This document shows, in pieces, positions 1 through 14,652 of a DNA stretch of 64,000 bases. The translations under genes and the position numbers were made by a program. Origin of the DNA: an uncultured Alphaproteobacteria bacterium (lineage in GTDB: Bacteria; Pseudomonadota; Alphaproteobacteria; Rickettsiales; CAIJLX01); contig CAIJLX010000051.1 in assembly GCA_903821695.1 (NCBI GenBank), positions 8,300-72,299 on the forward strand. Reading direction: 5' to 3'. The notes beneath the pieces are model-generated. The model saw only the letters and a list, made by a program, of their open reading frames with translations, searched no databases and was not told the origin of the DNA. The number at the start of each line of letters is the position of its first letter. Position 1 is the first letter of the stretch.

Positions 1-997
1 CAGTGGAGATGCCTTTGCCACTACCACTTGCGACATGAAACAGCGCATCGCCTTCATTCGAAAGTGGCAAATAACTCATGCCGATAATGATGCCTGAGTT
101 ATCCGCTTCGATGGCCGTAAAATGATCGCCAAACGGCGAGCTGATATGCCCAAGCACTTCTCCTTTTTTTACGTTATCACCCAATTTTTTCTGTGCAAGA
201 AAAATACCACCATGTGGCGCGCGCACCCAACGGGTGGAGCGGGCAATAAATACTTTATTTTTATTTGCGGGCGGCGTGGCTCCGGCAGGCAACATGCCAA
301 TTTGACCCATCACCCGCAAAATGCCCTGAATACCCATCAAAATTGGCTCTTCATGAAAACGTAGCGCTTCGCCCGCTTCGTAAAGCAGCATCGGTAATTT
401 TTGCGCCGCCGCTGCTTCGCGCAAGGAACCATCGCGTAAGGAGGCATTAATAATCACCGGCGCACCAAATGCTTTCGCCAGGCGCATGGTTTCTACATCT
501 TCGATATTGCCACGGATCTGCATCAAATTATGGCGATGGAAGGCGCCAGTGTGTAAATCGATACCATGCGTTGATTTGGCGACGATTTCTTCCATAAAAA
601 TATGGGCGAGTTGTGAACCCATCGAGCCATGTTCGGAGCCGGGGAAGCAGCGGTTTAAATCGCGGCGATCGGGCAAATAACGTGAGCGTTCGTTGAAGCC
701 GAATACGTTGACTATGGGAACAGCGATCAATGTGCCGTGGATTACTTCTAGCGCGGAATGGTTCAGCAACCGGCGGATAATTTCGACACCGTTGATTTCA
801 TCGCCATGGATCGCCGCGCTGATAAATAAGACTGGCCCTTCTTTTTTGCCGCGCACGACTTCGACCGGCATTTTCATTTCGGTGAAATCATACAGCCGGG
901 CAACACCGAGATTCACTTTGTGTCGCTCACCAGGCTTTATCACCACTCCGCCGAGGGTAAAATCCTGATTTACAGAAGTTTTTTTGTTCTTTTGCAT
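1..997 (-). CDS. Succinylglutamate desuccinylase/aspartoacylase (M14) family protein, 3' end runs off the window
   Basis: Not in the ORF track. Manual translation from ATG at 997 gives MQKNKK...GPVLFISAAIHGDEINGVEIIRRL...DLNRCFPG...IDLHTG...YEAGE, the M14/AstE-AspA zinc-binding motifs. Confidence 0.88.
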   Translation of the reverse strand, partial: MQKNKKTSVNQDFTLGGVVIKPGERHKVNLGVARLYDFTEMKMPVEVVRGKKEGPVLFISAAIHGDEINGVEIIRRLLNHSALEVIHGTLIAVPIVNVFGFNERSRYLPDRRDLNRCFPGSEHGSMGSQLAHIFMEEIVAKSTHGIDLHTGAFHRHNLMQIRGNIEDVETMRLAKAFGAPVIINASLRDGSLREAAAAQKLPMLLYEAGEALRFHEEPILMGIQGILRVMGQIGMLPAGATPPANKNKVFIARSTRWVRAPHGGIFLAQKKLGDNVKKGEVLGHISSPFGDHFTAIEADNSGIIIGMSYLPLSNEGDALFHVASGSGKGIST

Positions 998-1063
998 TCA
1001 GATATTCATCTCATATTTTCTGCGCCGTGACAATGTTTCAATAAATATGATACATATTCGCGC

Positions 1064-2461
1064 ATGAAAAATATCCAGCCAGTTATCCTTTCCGGCGGCT
1101 CCGGCACCAGACTTTGGCCCCTCTCACGCCAATCTTTACCGAAGCAATTATTGCCACTCACGGGCGAAGAATCGTTGCTGCAACAAACCATTAAACGCTT
1201 CCGCAATTTTCTGCCACCACTGGTGATTGCAAATGAAGAACACCGCTTCGTCATCGCCGAACAATTGCGCGAAATGAACATTACGCCGAGCCATTTAGTA
1301 CTGGAACCTTGTGGTCGTAACACCGCTCCTGCTGCCGCGATTGCAAGCTTACTCGCGGAACCTGATGCATTGTTATTGGTGTTGCCAGCAGATCATCATA
1401 TTACCGATCTCGATAAATTTTATGCGGATATCCAGATTGCAGCGGAAGCAGCAGCGACTGGCAGAATTGTGACACTCGGCCTAAAACCAACCGCACCAGA
1501 AACCGGTTATGGTTATTTGGAAATGGGTGCGCCACTAAAAGAAGTGAAGGGTGCATTCGCGCTTGCTTCATTCACCGAAAAACCGGAGCGCAAAAAAGCG
1601 GAGGTGCTGCTGAAAGGTGGTAAACATTTATGGAATAGCGGGATGTTTTTGTTTCAGGCAAAAACATTTATCGCGTTGCTGGAATCATTACAGCCAGAGA
1701 TTTTGAAGCTTGCCAAACAAGCGGTGCAAACGGCAACACGTGATTTGGATTTCTTGCGGCTGGATGAAAAAATATTCGCTGCGATGCCTTCGATCTCGAT
1801 CGATTATGCCATCATGGAACATACGGCGAATGGTGCGTTAGTTCCGGCGCAATTCGGGTGGTGTGATTTGGGTGCGTGGGATGCGTTGTGGGATATTGCG
1901 CCGAAGGATAAAGCTGGCAATGCGTTACAGGGAAATAGCGTCGCACTTCACACGAAAAATTCTTATGTGCGCAGTGAGGGAATACTTACTGCTGTGCTGG
2001 GCTTGGAAGATGTCGTGGTGGTAACAACGGCGGATGCGGTGCTCGTCACCCATCGCAGCAAAGCCCAACAATTGCGCGAATTGGTGGATGTATTAAAAGA
2101 TAAAAAAGAATTATTCACCCACCGCAAAGTCTATCGCCCATGGGGGCATTATGAAGGGCTTGATCAGGGCAATCATTTTCAGGTGAAACGTTTATTCGTA
2201 AAACCCGGCAGCAAAATTTCACTGCAAAAACACTTGAAGCGGGCCGAGCATTGGGTTGTCGTCGAAGGCACTGCGTTCATTACACTGAATGAAAAAGAAT
2301 TCGACCTACACGAAAATGAATCGGTGCATATCCCAATCGGCGCAACCCACCGCATCGAAAATAAACAAAAGACGCCGCTGACACTGATCGAAGTACAAAC
2401 CGGTGCGTATCTTGGTGAAGATGATATTGTGCGGTTTAATGATAGTTATGGGCGGAAATAG
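1064..2461 (+). CDS. manC: Mannose-1-phosphate guanylyltransferase / mannose-6-phosphate isomerase
   Basis: ILSGGSGTRLWPLSR..PKQ, EPCGRNTAPA, C-terminal cupin RPWG...SLQKH..RAEHW...GEDDIVRF. Confidence 0.95.
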   Translation: MKNIQPVILSGGSGTRLWPLSRQSLPKQLLPLTGEESLLQQTIKRFRNFLPPLVIANEEHRFVIAEQLREMNITPSHLVLEPCGRNTAPAAAIASLLAEPDALLLVLPADHHITDLDKFYADIQIAAEAAATGRIVTLGLKPTAPETGYGYLEMGAPLKEVKGAFALASFTEKPERKKAEVLLKGGKHLWNSGMFLFQAKTFIALLESLQPEILKLAKQAVQTATRDLDFLRLDEKIFAAMPSISIDYAIMEHTANGALVPAQFGWCDLGAWDALWDIAPKDKAGNALQGNSVALHTKNSYVRSEGILTAVLGLEDVVVVTTADAVLVTHRSKAQQLRELVDVLKDKKELFTHRKVYRPWGHYEGLDQGNHFQVKRLFVKPGSKISLQKHLKRAEHWVVVEGTAFITLNEKEFDLHENESVHIPIGATHRIENKQKTPLTLIEVQTGAYLGEDDIVRFNDSYGRK

Positions 2462-2462
2462 T

Positions 2463-2780
2463 TTAATTATTTTCGGAACTTTCGCCGCCGGAATAATGTG
2501 AGGCATCTGGATGATGTGTGCCCGTTTCATCACCACTTGTGTGACCAAAAAAATCGCCACGCTGGCCTTCAATCATCATTGCAGTATAAAGTGCTCTAAC
2601 TTGGTTATATTGAGGATCGGTTGGTTGTAATTCATCTAGCAATTTTCGTAGTTTCGCTAATTGCCGTTCCTTAGCTTTTTTATTAAAAAACCAATAAACA
2701 CCTAATCCTAATAATAGCAATCCAGATAGACCATACAAGCTTGTCCAGATGATAGAAATGCCATCAAAAATCGATGGCAC
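2463..2780 (-). CDS. Orphan single-pass membrane protein
   Basis: GTG start abutting the purS stop; N-terminal hydrophobic helix, basic stretch, G/S/H-rich tail; AT-rich. Confidence 0.55.
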   Translation of the reverse strand: MPSIFDGISIIWTSLYGLSGLLLLGLGVYWFFNKKAKERQLAKLRKLLDELQPTDPQYNQVRALYTAMMIEGQRGDFFGHTSGDETGTHHPDASHYSGGESSENN

Positions 2781-3023
2781 TTAGTCCACCAAATCGAACT
2801 GATAGTTCTCAATCACTGTATTCGCGAGTAGCTTTTCGCACATTTGTTTGACGTTGGCGGAGGCTTTTTCTTTGTCGCGTTCTCTGAGTTCTATTTCGAC
2901 AAATTTACCTTGGCGGACATCGGCTACTTCGGAGAAACCGAGGTTTGCGAGGGCGCCGGCGACGGCTTTGCCTTGTGGGTCGAGCACGCCGTTTTTCAGC
3001 GTGATATATACTTTTGCTTTCAT
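2781..3023 (-). CDS. purS: Phosphoribosylformylglycinamidine synthase subunit PurS
   Basis: MKAKVYITLKNGVLDPQGKA...LLANTVIENY. Confidence 0.96.
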   Translation of the reverse strand: MKAKVYITLKNGVLDPQGKAVAGALANLGFSEVADVRQGKFVEIELRERDKEKASANVKQMCEKLLANTVIENYQFDLVD

Positions 3024-3026
3024 GAT

Positions 3027-3839
3027 TTATTTCTTCTTCGTGCTTGGCTTACGTGGAGGGGAACCGGGCGTGACAGCACGCAAAGATGCGCGTTGTTGTT
3101 CGCTTTCTTCGAGAACGCCGAGGCGGCGCGCCACTTCGCGGTAGGCTTCTTCAACGCCACCCATATCACGGCGGAAACGGTCTTTATCCATTTTCTCGTT
3201 GGTTTTTGCATCCCACAGGCGGCAAGAATCCGGGCTGATTTCATCGGCGACGACAATACGCAATTCATCATTTTCAACCAAACGACCGAATTCGATTTTG
3301 AAATCAACCAGGCGAATGCCCACGCCCATGAACAGGCCGGAGAGGTAATCATTCACGCGGTAAGCGAGGCCTTTCATTTCTTCGAGCTCGAAAATATGTG
3401 CCCAGCCGAAGGAAATAATGTGATCTTCCGACACAATAGGATCGCCCAGCGCATCGCTTTTATAGCAAAATTCGATGATGGTGCGTGGCAATGGTTTGCC
3501 TTCATCAATACCCAACCGTTTGGAGAGCGAACCAGCCGCTACGTTACGGATGATGACTTCGAGCGGAATAATATCGACCGCTTTGACCAATTGCTCACGC
3601 ATATTGATAGAACGGATGAAATGGGTCGGGATGCTCATCTCGCCCAAGCGGTTCATGATATATTCGGAAATGCGGTTATTGAGCACGCCTTTGCCGGTAA
3701 TTAACCCACGCTTCTGGTTGTTAAACGCCGTCGCATCATCTTTAAAATGCATGATATGAGTGCCAGGTTCTGGCCCCTCAAACATTACTTTGGCTTTTCC
3801 TTCATATATAATCGAGCGGCGGGGCATGTTCATGTGCAT
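3027..3839 (-). CDS. purC: SAICAR synthetase
   Basis: [43 protein letters not shown]. Confidence 0.97.
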   Translation of the reverse strand: MHMNMPRRSIIYEGKAKVMFEGPEPGTHIMHFKDDATAFNNQKRGLITGKGVLNNRISEYIMNRLGEMSIPTHFIRSINMREQLVKAVDIIPLEVIIRNVAAGSLSKRLGIDEGKPLPRTIIEFCYKSDALGDPIVSEDHIISFGWAHIFELEEMKGLAYRVNDYLSGLFMGVGIRLVDFKIEFGRLVENDELRIVVADEISPDSCRLWDAKTNEKMDKDRFRRDMGGVEEAYREVARRLGVLEESEQQRASLRAVTPGSPPRKPSTKKK

Positions 3840-3918
3840 ATACTTTCTGATTGAAATCGACGTCCATTACTGTATTAAAACCTCCATTCTTTTACGTCAA
3901 CGAGTTTGAAACCAGATT

Positions 3919-4239
3919 ATGACTATCTTTGATAAACGCGAAAAAGGCTCTGAAACAAAATTTGCGGTGGATGCAGAGCTTCAGTTTAAAATCCGTGCTC
4001 GGCGCAATAAGCTGGTCGGCCTTTGGGCTGCAGAAAAAATGGGTCTGACAGAGGATAAAGCGAAAGACTATGCATTTTCGATTATCGATGAAGATGCCAA
4101 AGTCGCCGGTGACTCAGATGTGGTCGCTAAATTGCTAGCTGATTTTGCCAATGCGAAAGTGGCAATAACCGAAGAACAGGTTAAAAACCAGCTGGTTGAC
4201 TACGAAAGCGAAGCGAAAAAGCAGCTATTGGGACAATAA
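3919..4239 (+). CDS. DUF1476 family, F1Fo-ATPase inhibitor subunit zeta
   Basis: MTIFDKREKGSETKFA.D.ELQFKIRARRNKLVGLWAAEKMG is the typical alphaproteobacterial zeta N-terminus. Confidence 0.9.
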   Translation: MTIFDKREKGSETKFAVDAELQFKIRARRNKLVGLWAAEKMGLTEDKAKDYAFSIIDEDAKVAGDSDVVAKLLADFANAKVAITEEQVKNQLVDYESEAKKQLLGQ

Positions 4240-4274
4240 AAAAGCAGACTGGTGGGATACCAAGTCTGCTTTTT
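4238..4274. terminator. Bidirectional intrinsic terminator
   Basis: AAAAAAGCAGACT-GGTGGGATACCA-AGTCTGCTTTTT between convergent genes. Confidence 0.8.
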
Positions 4275-4285
4275 CGTTTAGCATC

Positions 4286-4615
4286 CTAATCACTGAATGC
4301 TTTTTCGAGCCGCTCACGATTGGCGTTCCACCACATCGCGAAATCTTTCTTCAGATTATCAACTTTCGCTGATCTCTCGTGCGTCCATCCTGGGAAACTC
4401 AGATACTTGCCGACGTCCGTTCCCTCCAGCAGGGCTTTCGTGAGCCCCGCTCTCGCTTCTTGTTCTCCTTTTTCGGACAGTCCAGATCTTCCCAACCCCC
4501 TCTTCATCATCTCCGGATCCGGATGGTGGATCACCGGTGATAAGTAACTGCATCTCTCCAACCAATCAACCATAAACTGTTCACACACCGCCTCCACTAA
4601 CTTTTCATTAGCCAT
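4286..4615 (-). CDS. Orphan hypothetical protein (109 aa)
   Basis: ATG at 4615 preceded by a strong AAAGGAG RBS; has its own promoter and terminator; no family recognised. Confidence 0.65.
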   Translation of the reverse strand: MANEKLVEAVCEQFMVDWLERCSYLSPVIHHPDPEMMKRGLGRSGLSEKGEQEARAGLTKALLEGTDVGKYLSFPGWTHERSAKVDNLKKDFAMWWNANRERLEKAFSD

Positions 4616-4645
4616 GCTTTCTCCTTTGAAAAGCAATTTAAAGAC

Positions 4646-4712
4646 CTCCGCGTACTTGCAACGTTTCAGGCCTATACCGGCACATCTGAAACGTTTCCAG
4701 ACAAGCGCGGAG
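4646..4712 (-). promoter_or_regulatory. Long imperfect hairpin in the predicted 5' leader of the 4286-4615 gene
   Basis: CTCCGCG...AACGTTTCAG-loop-CTGAAACGTT...CGCGGAG nested inverted repeats. Confidence 0.6.
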
Positions 4713-4722
4713 ATATGGTTCT

Positions 4723-4751
4723 ATTTTACAGTGAGTGAGTGAGTGAGTAAA
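4723..4751 (-). promoter_or_regulatory. sigma70-like promoter whose 17-bp spacer is (CACT)4G
   Basis: Minus strand reads TTTACT-CACTCACTCACTCACTG-TAAAAT. Confidence 0.55.
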
Positions 4752-4785
4752 GGGTAGAATTGTGAAATTTTTATGACAGTTTTAC

Positions 4786-4879
4786 TCGTCATTCCCCGAA
4801 TTTGCTTGCAAATTCCAGGGGAATCCATCTTTCTTCCTGGATTGCCCTAGAATCGCATTCGCGATTCAGGCAATGACGA
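4786..4879. repeat. REP/RPE-like palindromic intergenic element
   Basis: Terminal IR TCGTCATT...AATGACGA enclosing hairpins GAATTTGC/GCAAATTC, TTCCCC/GGGGAA and GAATCGC/GCGATTC. Confidence 0.7.
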
Positions 4880-4896
4880 TTATCTTATTGAGTTAC

Positions 4897-5967
4897 ATGA
4901 CAAAAGCCCTCGTATTCCACCCTTTTTTAGTAAACAAAAAATCCGGTGCCCTGCGCCCGGAATATGCGCTGGATGAAGCCAAGCTTTTGGCGCAGACGCT
5001 CGGGCTTATCGTCACAGAACAGCATCTTATTCCCTTAAAGAAGATTACGCCTGCAACCTATATCGGCAGCGGCAAATGCCTAGAAATTGCGGAGTTAGCG
5101 AAGCAGCATAAAGCCACATTGGTGGTGATGGATTGCGCGCTTTCGCCGGGCCAGCAGAAGAATTTGGAAGATGCCTGCAAATGCAAAATCATTGATCGTA
5201 CGGGTCTGATTCTGGAAATTTTCGGCGCCCGGGCTCGCACAGCAGAGGGAAAACTGCAGGTAGAGCTCGCCGCACTCGATTACCAAAAAGGCCGATTAGT
5301 TCGCGCATGGACGCACTTGGAGCGCCAGCGCGGCGGTTTCGGCTTTGCTGGCGGCCCGGGCGAAACGCAGATTGAGCTTGATCGCCGCCGCATCCGCGAC
5401 CGCATCGCTGGCATCAAAAAAGACCTAGAAAAGGTGAAAAACACCCGCTCCCTCCAACGCAAAAAACGAGCGGCAGTGCCTTATCCCGTAGTGGCGCTGG
5501 TGGGCTATACCAACGCGGGCAAATCAACCCTATTTAATCGCCTGACCAAGGCCAATGTGCTGGCAGAAGATAAGCTTTTTGCCACATTGGACCCCACCAT
5601 GCGCGCCCTCACCCTGCCCTCAGGGCGGAAAGTGATGCTGTCCGATACCGTGGGTTTTATCTCGCTGCTGCCCACCCAACTCATCGCCGCCTTCCGCGCA
5701 ACGTTGGAGGAGGTGAGTCAGGCCAATTTGCTATTACATATAAGAGATGCCACCGCTGAAGATAGCGAAGCTCAGAAAATCGCCGTGTTGGGCGTATTAA
5801 AAGACCTAGATATAGCCGAAGATGAAGGCCGGAAAATACTTGAAGTGATGAATAAAATCGATTCTGTGGAACTCGAACACCGTCCTGCCAACACGATCGC
5901 CGTTTCCGCTCTCACCGGCGCTGGAATCATGGAATTATTGGCAGAAATCGACTCCGCTTTAGCATAA
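4897..5967 (+). CDS. hflX: Ribosome-splitting GTPase HflX
   Basis: GGPGETQIELDRR, VGYTNAGKST, LFATLDPT, DTVGFI, NKID. Start moved from 4873 (inside the repeat) to ATG 4897. Confidence 0.96.
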   Translation: MTKALVFHPFLVNKKSGALRPEYALDEAKLLAQTLGLIVTEQHLIPLKKITPATYIGSGKCLEIAELAKQHKATLVVMDCALSPGQQKNLEDACKCKIIDRTGLILEIFGARARTAEGKLQVELAALDYQKGRLVRAWTHLERQRGGFGFAGGPGETQIELDRRRIRDRIAGIKKDLEKVKNTRSLQRKKRAAVPYPVVALVGYTNAGKSTLFNRLTKANVLAEDKLFATLDPTMRALTLPSGRKVMLSDTVGFISLLPTQLIAAFRATLEEVSQANLLLHIRDATAEDSEAQKIAVLGVLKDLDIAEDEGRKILEVMNKIDSVELEHRPANTIAVSALTGAGIMELLAEIDSALA

Positions 5968-6759
5968 CGCAAGTTCACGTAAAACTTGGGGTATTACTGC
6001 CACCAAATCATCGGCAATAAGCCCTTCGCCTGCTAGCTCGCCCGCTCTGCTATGAATCCATACGCCCGCACACGCCGCTTCATAGGCCGGCATTTTTGCC
6101 GCGAGCAAGCCACCTATAATGCCAGAAAGTGTATCGCCAGAACCCGCTGTAGCCAGCCATGGTGTTGCTGGATCATTCACTGTTATCCGCCCGCCTTGTG
6201 CGGCAATCACCGTTTGATTGCCTTTTAGCAGCACCACAGAACCAGTCAGTTCCGCCGCTTTTCGGGCTTTTTCTTCCCGCGTACCGGATATATCGGGGAA
6301 AAGTCGCGCGAACTCGCCCTCATGAGGCGTGAGAACCGCATGCTTATTAGGGCGGGGCTTATCGAGTGCATCGGCATCCATCAATAAGGGTTTGCCGCTG
6401 GTAGTAATGTGATCGAGCATTTTCGCTTGTTTTTCACCTTTGCCAAACCCAGGCCCGACAATCACGCACGAAACACGGTTATCCGCCAAGAAATCCGGCA
6501 TTTTTTCATAGGTATTGAACATCAGGGCCGATATGTTGCAAGAGGCCACATAACATTGCATGGCCTCTTTATCGGGGGCCAATAATGTTACTAAACCAGC
6601 AGCGGTACGAAGTGCACTGATACCCGCAAGCTTTGAAGCGCCGGCGGTTTCCAGCGGCCCACCGATAACCACCACATGCCCACGTGTATATTTGTTCCCC
6701 CCTGGCGCGGGCCAAGGAAAATGTGGCAACCAGAGGTCCTTTGCTTCTTTATTGTTCAT
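5959..6759 (-). CDS. nnrD: ADP-dependent NAD(P)H-hydrate dehydratase (stand-alone YjeF C-terminal domain)
   Basis: KYTRGHV, GPGFG, DADAL, LTPHEGEF, LATAGSGD. Confidence 0.9.
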   Translation of the reverse strand: MNNKEAKDLWLPHFPWPAPGGNKYTRGHVVVIGGPLETAGASKLAGISALRTAAGLVTLLAPDKEAMQCYVASCNISALMFNTYEKMPDFLADNRVSCVIVGPGFGKGEKQAKMLDHITTSGKPLLMDADALDKPRPNKHAVLTPHEGEFARLFPDISGTREEKARKAAELTGSVVLLKGNQTVIAAQGGRITVNDPATPWLATAGSGDTLSGIIGGLLAAKMPAYEAACAGVWIHSRAGELAGEGLIADDLVAVIPQVLRELALC

Positions 6760-6889
6760 ATTATCATCCTGTTATGCATGAATTATACCAGTATAACCCT
6801 GAAAATAAGCGGCTAAATCGCCTTTGCCGTAACAATTTGTAACAATCAATGCTTTGCCCAATTTGGGGGGCATTGGTATAAGCAGCTAT

Positions 6890-7828
6890 ATGTTAAACGA
6901 AATTCCAATGCAGCATACCCTTGCCCACAGCGTTTCTTGTGTAGGCGTTGCTCTTCATACCGGCGAAAAAATCTCGATGACGTTGCATCCGGCGCCGGAA
7001 AATACTGGCATCGTATTCCAACGCAGCGATCTTAAAAACCAGCCGAATGTGGTTCCTGCTTCCTATAAAAACGTGACGAAAACCACGCTCGGCACCACCA
7101 TTACGAATGCTGCGGGCGTTTCGGTGAGCACGATTGAACATTTAATGGCAGCCCTTTGGGGTTGCGGCATTGATAATGCACGCATTGAACTTGATGGCGC
7201 GGAAGTGCCAATCATGGATGGCAGCTCTGAGCCGTTCGTATTTTTGATCGAGTGTGCTGGTAAAACCGAGCAAAACGCGCCGCGTAAAATGATCGAAGTG
7301 CTAAAAACCGTCTCGGTCACCGATGGCGATAAGCATGCCTCGATCTCCCCTGCCCCATATTTTGGCGTATCGCTCGAAATTAATTTCAAAAGCGGTGCCA
7401 TCGCAACTCAACAATGCGTGTTCAGCGTGGAAGATGCGTCATTCAAAACCGATTTAAGCCGCGCTCGCACCTTCTGCTTCGACCACGAAGTTGAGCAAAT
7501 GCGCGCTGCTGGCCTCGCCCGTGGCGGTTCGCTCGATAACGCGATCGTCGTCAGTGGTGATAAAGTGTTAAATAAGGAAGGCCTGCGCTATAAAGACGAA
7601 TTCGTGCGCCATAAAGTGCTCGATTGCATCGGCGACCTCTATCTCGCTGGCGGCCAATTGGTTGGTCAAGTGAGCGCTGCCCGCACTGGCCATGGCCTGA
7701 ACAACAAACTTCTGCATGCCCTATTTAGCACCGAAGGTGCATGGCGCATCGCGGCCCCTAGCGATATCATCGCAATGCCAATGCACAGCCAAGAAGCTCC
7801 CGCTGCTTATACCGCCGTTAGCGCTTAA
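6890..7828 (+). CDS. lpxC: UDP-3-O-acyl-N-acetylglucosamine deacetylase
   Basis: GVALHTG, TIEHLMAAL, PIMDGSS, ARTF, HKVLDCIGDL. Start at ATG 6890 or 6908. Confidence 0.96.
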   Translation: MLNEIPMQHTLAHSVSCVGVALHTGEKISMTLHPAPENTGIVFQRSDLKNQPNVVPASYKNVTKTTLGTTITNAAGVSVSTIEHLMAALWGCGIDNARIELDGAEVPIMDGSSEPFVFLIECAGKTEQNAPRKMIEVLKTVSVTDGDKHASISPAPYFGVSLEINFKSGAIATQQCVFSVEDASFKTDLSRARTFCFDHEVEQMRAAGLARGGSLDNAIVVSGDKVLNKEGLRYKDEFVRHKVLDCIGDLYLAGGQLVGQVSAARTGHGLNNKLLHALFSTEGAWRIAAPSDIIAMPMHSQEAPAAYTAVSA

Positions 7829-7871
7829 ATTAAAGTTGAAGCCTTGGGCGGACTTCGCTACATCTTCTAGG

Positions 7872-8665
7872 ATGCGATTTTCCTCTATTTTTGCTTTGTG
7901 CCTGTTATCCGTATTTCTCGTTGCGTGCGGCGATAAAAAATCGGATATCGGCGAAACCCGTCCGCCTAACGTGCTCTATGCCGAAGCAGATGGCCAAATG
8001 CAGGAAAAACTCTATAAAACCGCCGCCGAAAAATTCCAGCAAATCGAACAACTTTACCCTTATTCGCCGGAAGCCACCCGAGCGCAACTCATGGCTGGTT
8101 ATGCATTCTACCGCGATGGCAAATATGACGATGCCGAAATTGCATTAGAGCGCTTCGTCAAACTCCACCCCGCGCATAAAGATGTGCCCTATGCGTATTA
8201 TCTGCGTGCGATTTGCTATTACGAACAAATTACCGATATCGCCCGCGACCAAAAAATAACCGAAGAAGCCCTCGCTGCCTTGCGTGAAGTGGCGCAGCGT
8301 TTTCCCGAAACCAGCTATGCGCGCGATGCAAAAATTAAAATCGACCTCACCCAAGATCACCTCGCGGGCAAACAACTTGAGATCGGCCGTTTTTACCAAA
8401 AACGTCAGGATTATGTCGCCGCCATCAATCGCTTCCGCGATGTAGTGGAGCGTTATCAAACCACAAGCCAAGTGCCGGAAGCATTGCATCGTTTAGTCGA
8501 AACTTATTTGATGCTTGGCATCACGGCTGAAGCGCAGAAATATGCATCCGTATTGGGCCATAATTATCCTGATAGCGCATGGTATAAACGCAGTTTCGCG
8601 CTGCTTGGCAAAAACGCGCCCCAGCCGGAACAAATAAAGGACGAAAAAACCTTTGGGCTGTTCTA

Positions 8666-8666
<1 letters not shown>
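7872..8666 (+). CDS. bamD: Outer membrane protein assembly factor BamD
   Basis: Lipobox LVAC, TPR helices, RDQ, YQTT..VPEALHRL, LGHNYPDS.WY; lpxC-bamD-recN synteny. Confidence 0.93.
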
Positions 8667-13967
<5,301 letters not shown>

Positions 13968-13976
13968 CTTTGATAT

Positions 13977-14047
13977 TCGTCATTTCGACCACTTGGGAGA
14001 AATCTGTGAACTAGCGCTTCAGATTTCTCACTACGTTCGAAATGACG
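13977..14047. repeat. REP/RPE-like palindromic element between convergent genes
   Basis: CGTCATTTCGA...GAGAAATCTG...CAGATTTCTC...TCGAAATGACG. Confidence 0.75.
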
Positions 14048-14060
14048 GAAGTTTATTATT

Positions 14061-14651
14061 CTACGCGTGACCTACTACATCAGAAATACGATATGGATCT
14101 ACACCCAACAATTTATTCGAGAGCAGCCATTTATCGGTTGGGTTATCGCCGAATAATAAATCTTCCGTCGCAGGAACGGTGATCCAGCTATTGGCTTGGA
14201 GTTCTTGTTCCAATTGACCTGCTGTCCAACCTGCATGGCCGAGCACTAATAATTTTTGTGCTGGCCCTTTGCCGAGTGTTGTATCTCGTAAAATATCCAA
14301 GCTTGAAGTCACGGATACTGCGCTATTAAGCGAAGTGGTGCCATCACCGCTATATTCGGCAGAGTGCAAAACATAGCCGCGTGCAGTATCAATTGGGCCA
14401 CCGAAATGTACGGGTTGATCAACCATGCCTTCTTCTATCGGCAATTTAAAATGCTCCAGCACACCGTGCAGCGAAATATGCTGCATTGGTTGGTTGATGA
14501 TAAAACCCATCGCGCCTTCTGCATTATGCGTGGCGAGATAGATCACCGAACGGTGGAAACATGAAAATTGGATCTGCGGTGTCGCTACCAGCAATTGTCC
14601 AGTAAGGTAACCGTCAGTGGTGGTTGGAAGGTAGATGTCTTTGTTGGCCAT
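14061..14651 (-). CDS. YqgE/AlgH family protein
   Basis: LTGQLLVATP, F.RSVIY, GAMGFIIN, FGGP, GHAGW..GQLEQEL..NSW, C-terminal GHA. Confidence 0.93.
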   Translation of the reverse strand: MANKDIYLPTTTDGYLTGQLLVATPQIQFSCFHRSVIYLATHNAEGAMGFIINQPMQHISLHGVLEHFKLPIEEGMVDQPVHFGGPIDTARGYVLHSAEYSGDGTTSLNSAVSVTSSLDILRDTTLGKGPAQKLLVLGHAGWTAGQLEQELQANSWITVPATEDLLFGDNPTDKWLLSNKLLGVDPYRISDVVGHA

Positions 14652-14652
14652 A

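Noticed and set aside
2844-3704. 286-aa + strand ORF, and similar long antisense ORFs (8521-9318, 9688-10344, 25699-26211, 46540-47073)
   Set aside because: Shadow frames opposite well-conserved genes (purS/purC, recN, maeB, pelD); no motifs or RBS.
4729-4879. Possible CRISPR array from the repeats and palindromes
   Set aside because: No regularly spaced 25-45 bp direct repeats with unique spacers and no cas genes anywhere in the window.
5959-6759. Stand-alone NnrD lacking the epimerase domain
   Set aside because: Split nnrD/nnrE arrangements are known; not remarkable without the rest of the genome.
7716-7871. N-terminal extensions in the ORF track (bamD, ccmG, ccmE, mtnD, pelF, gdh, lpdA)
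   Set aside because: They overlap upstream genes and lack homology-like content; downstream ATGs fit family lengths and RBS or coupling positions.
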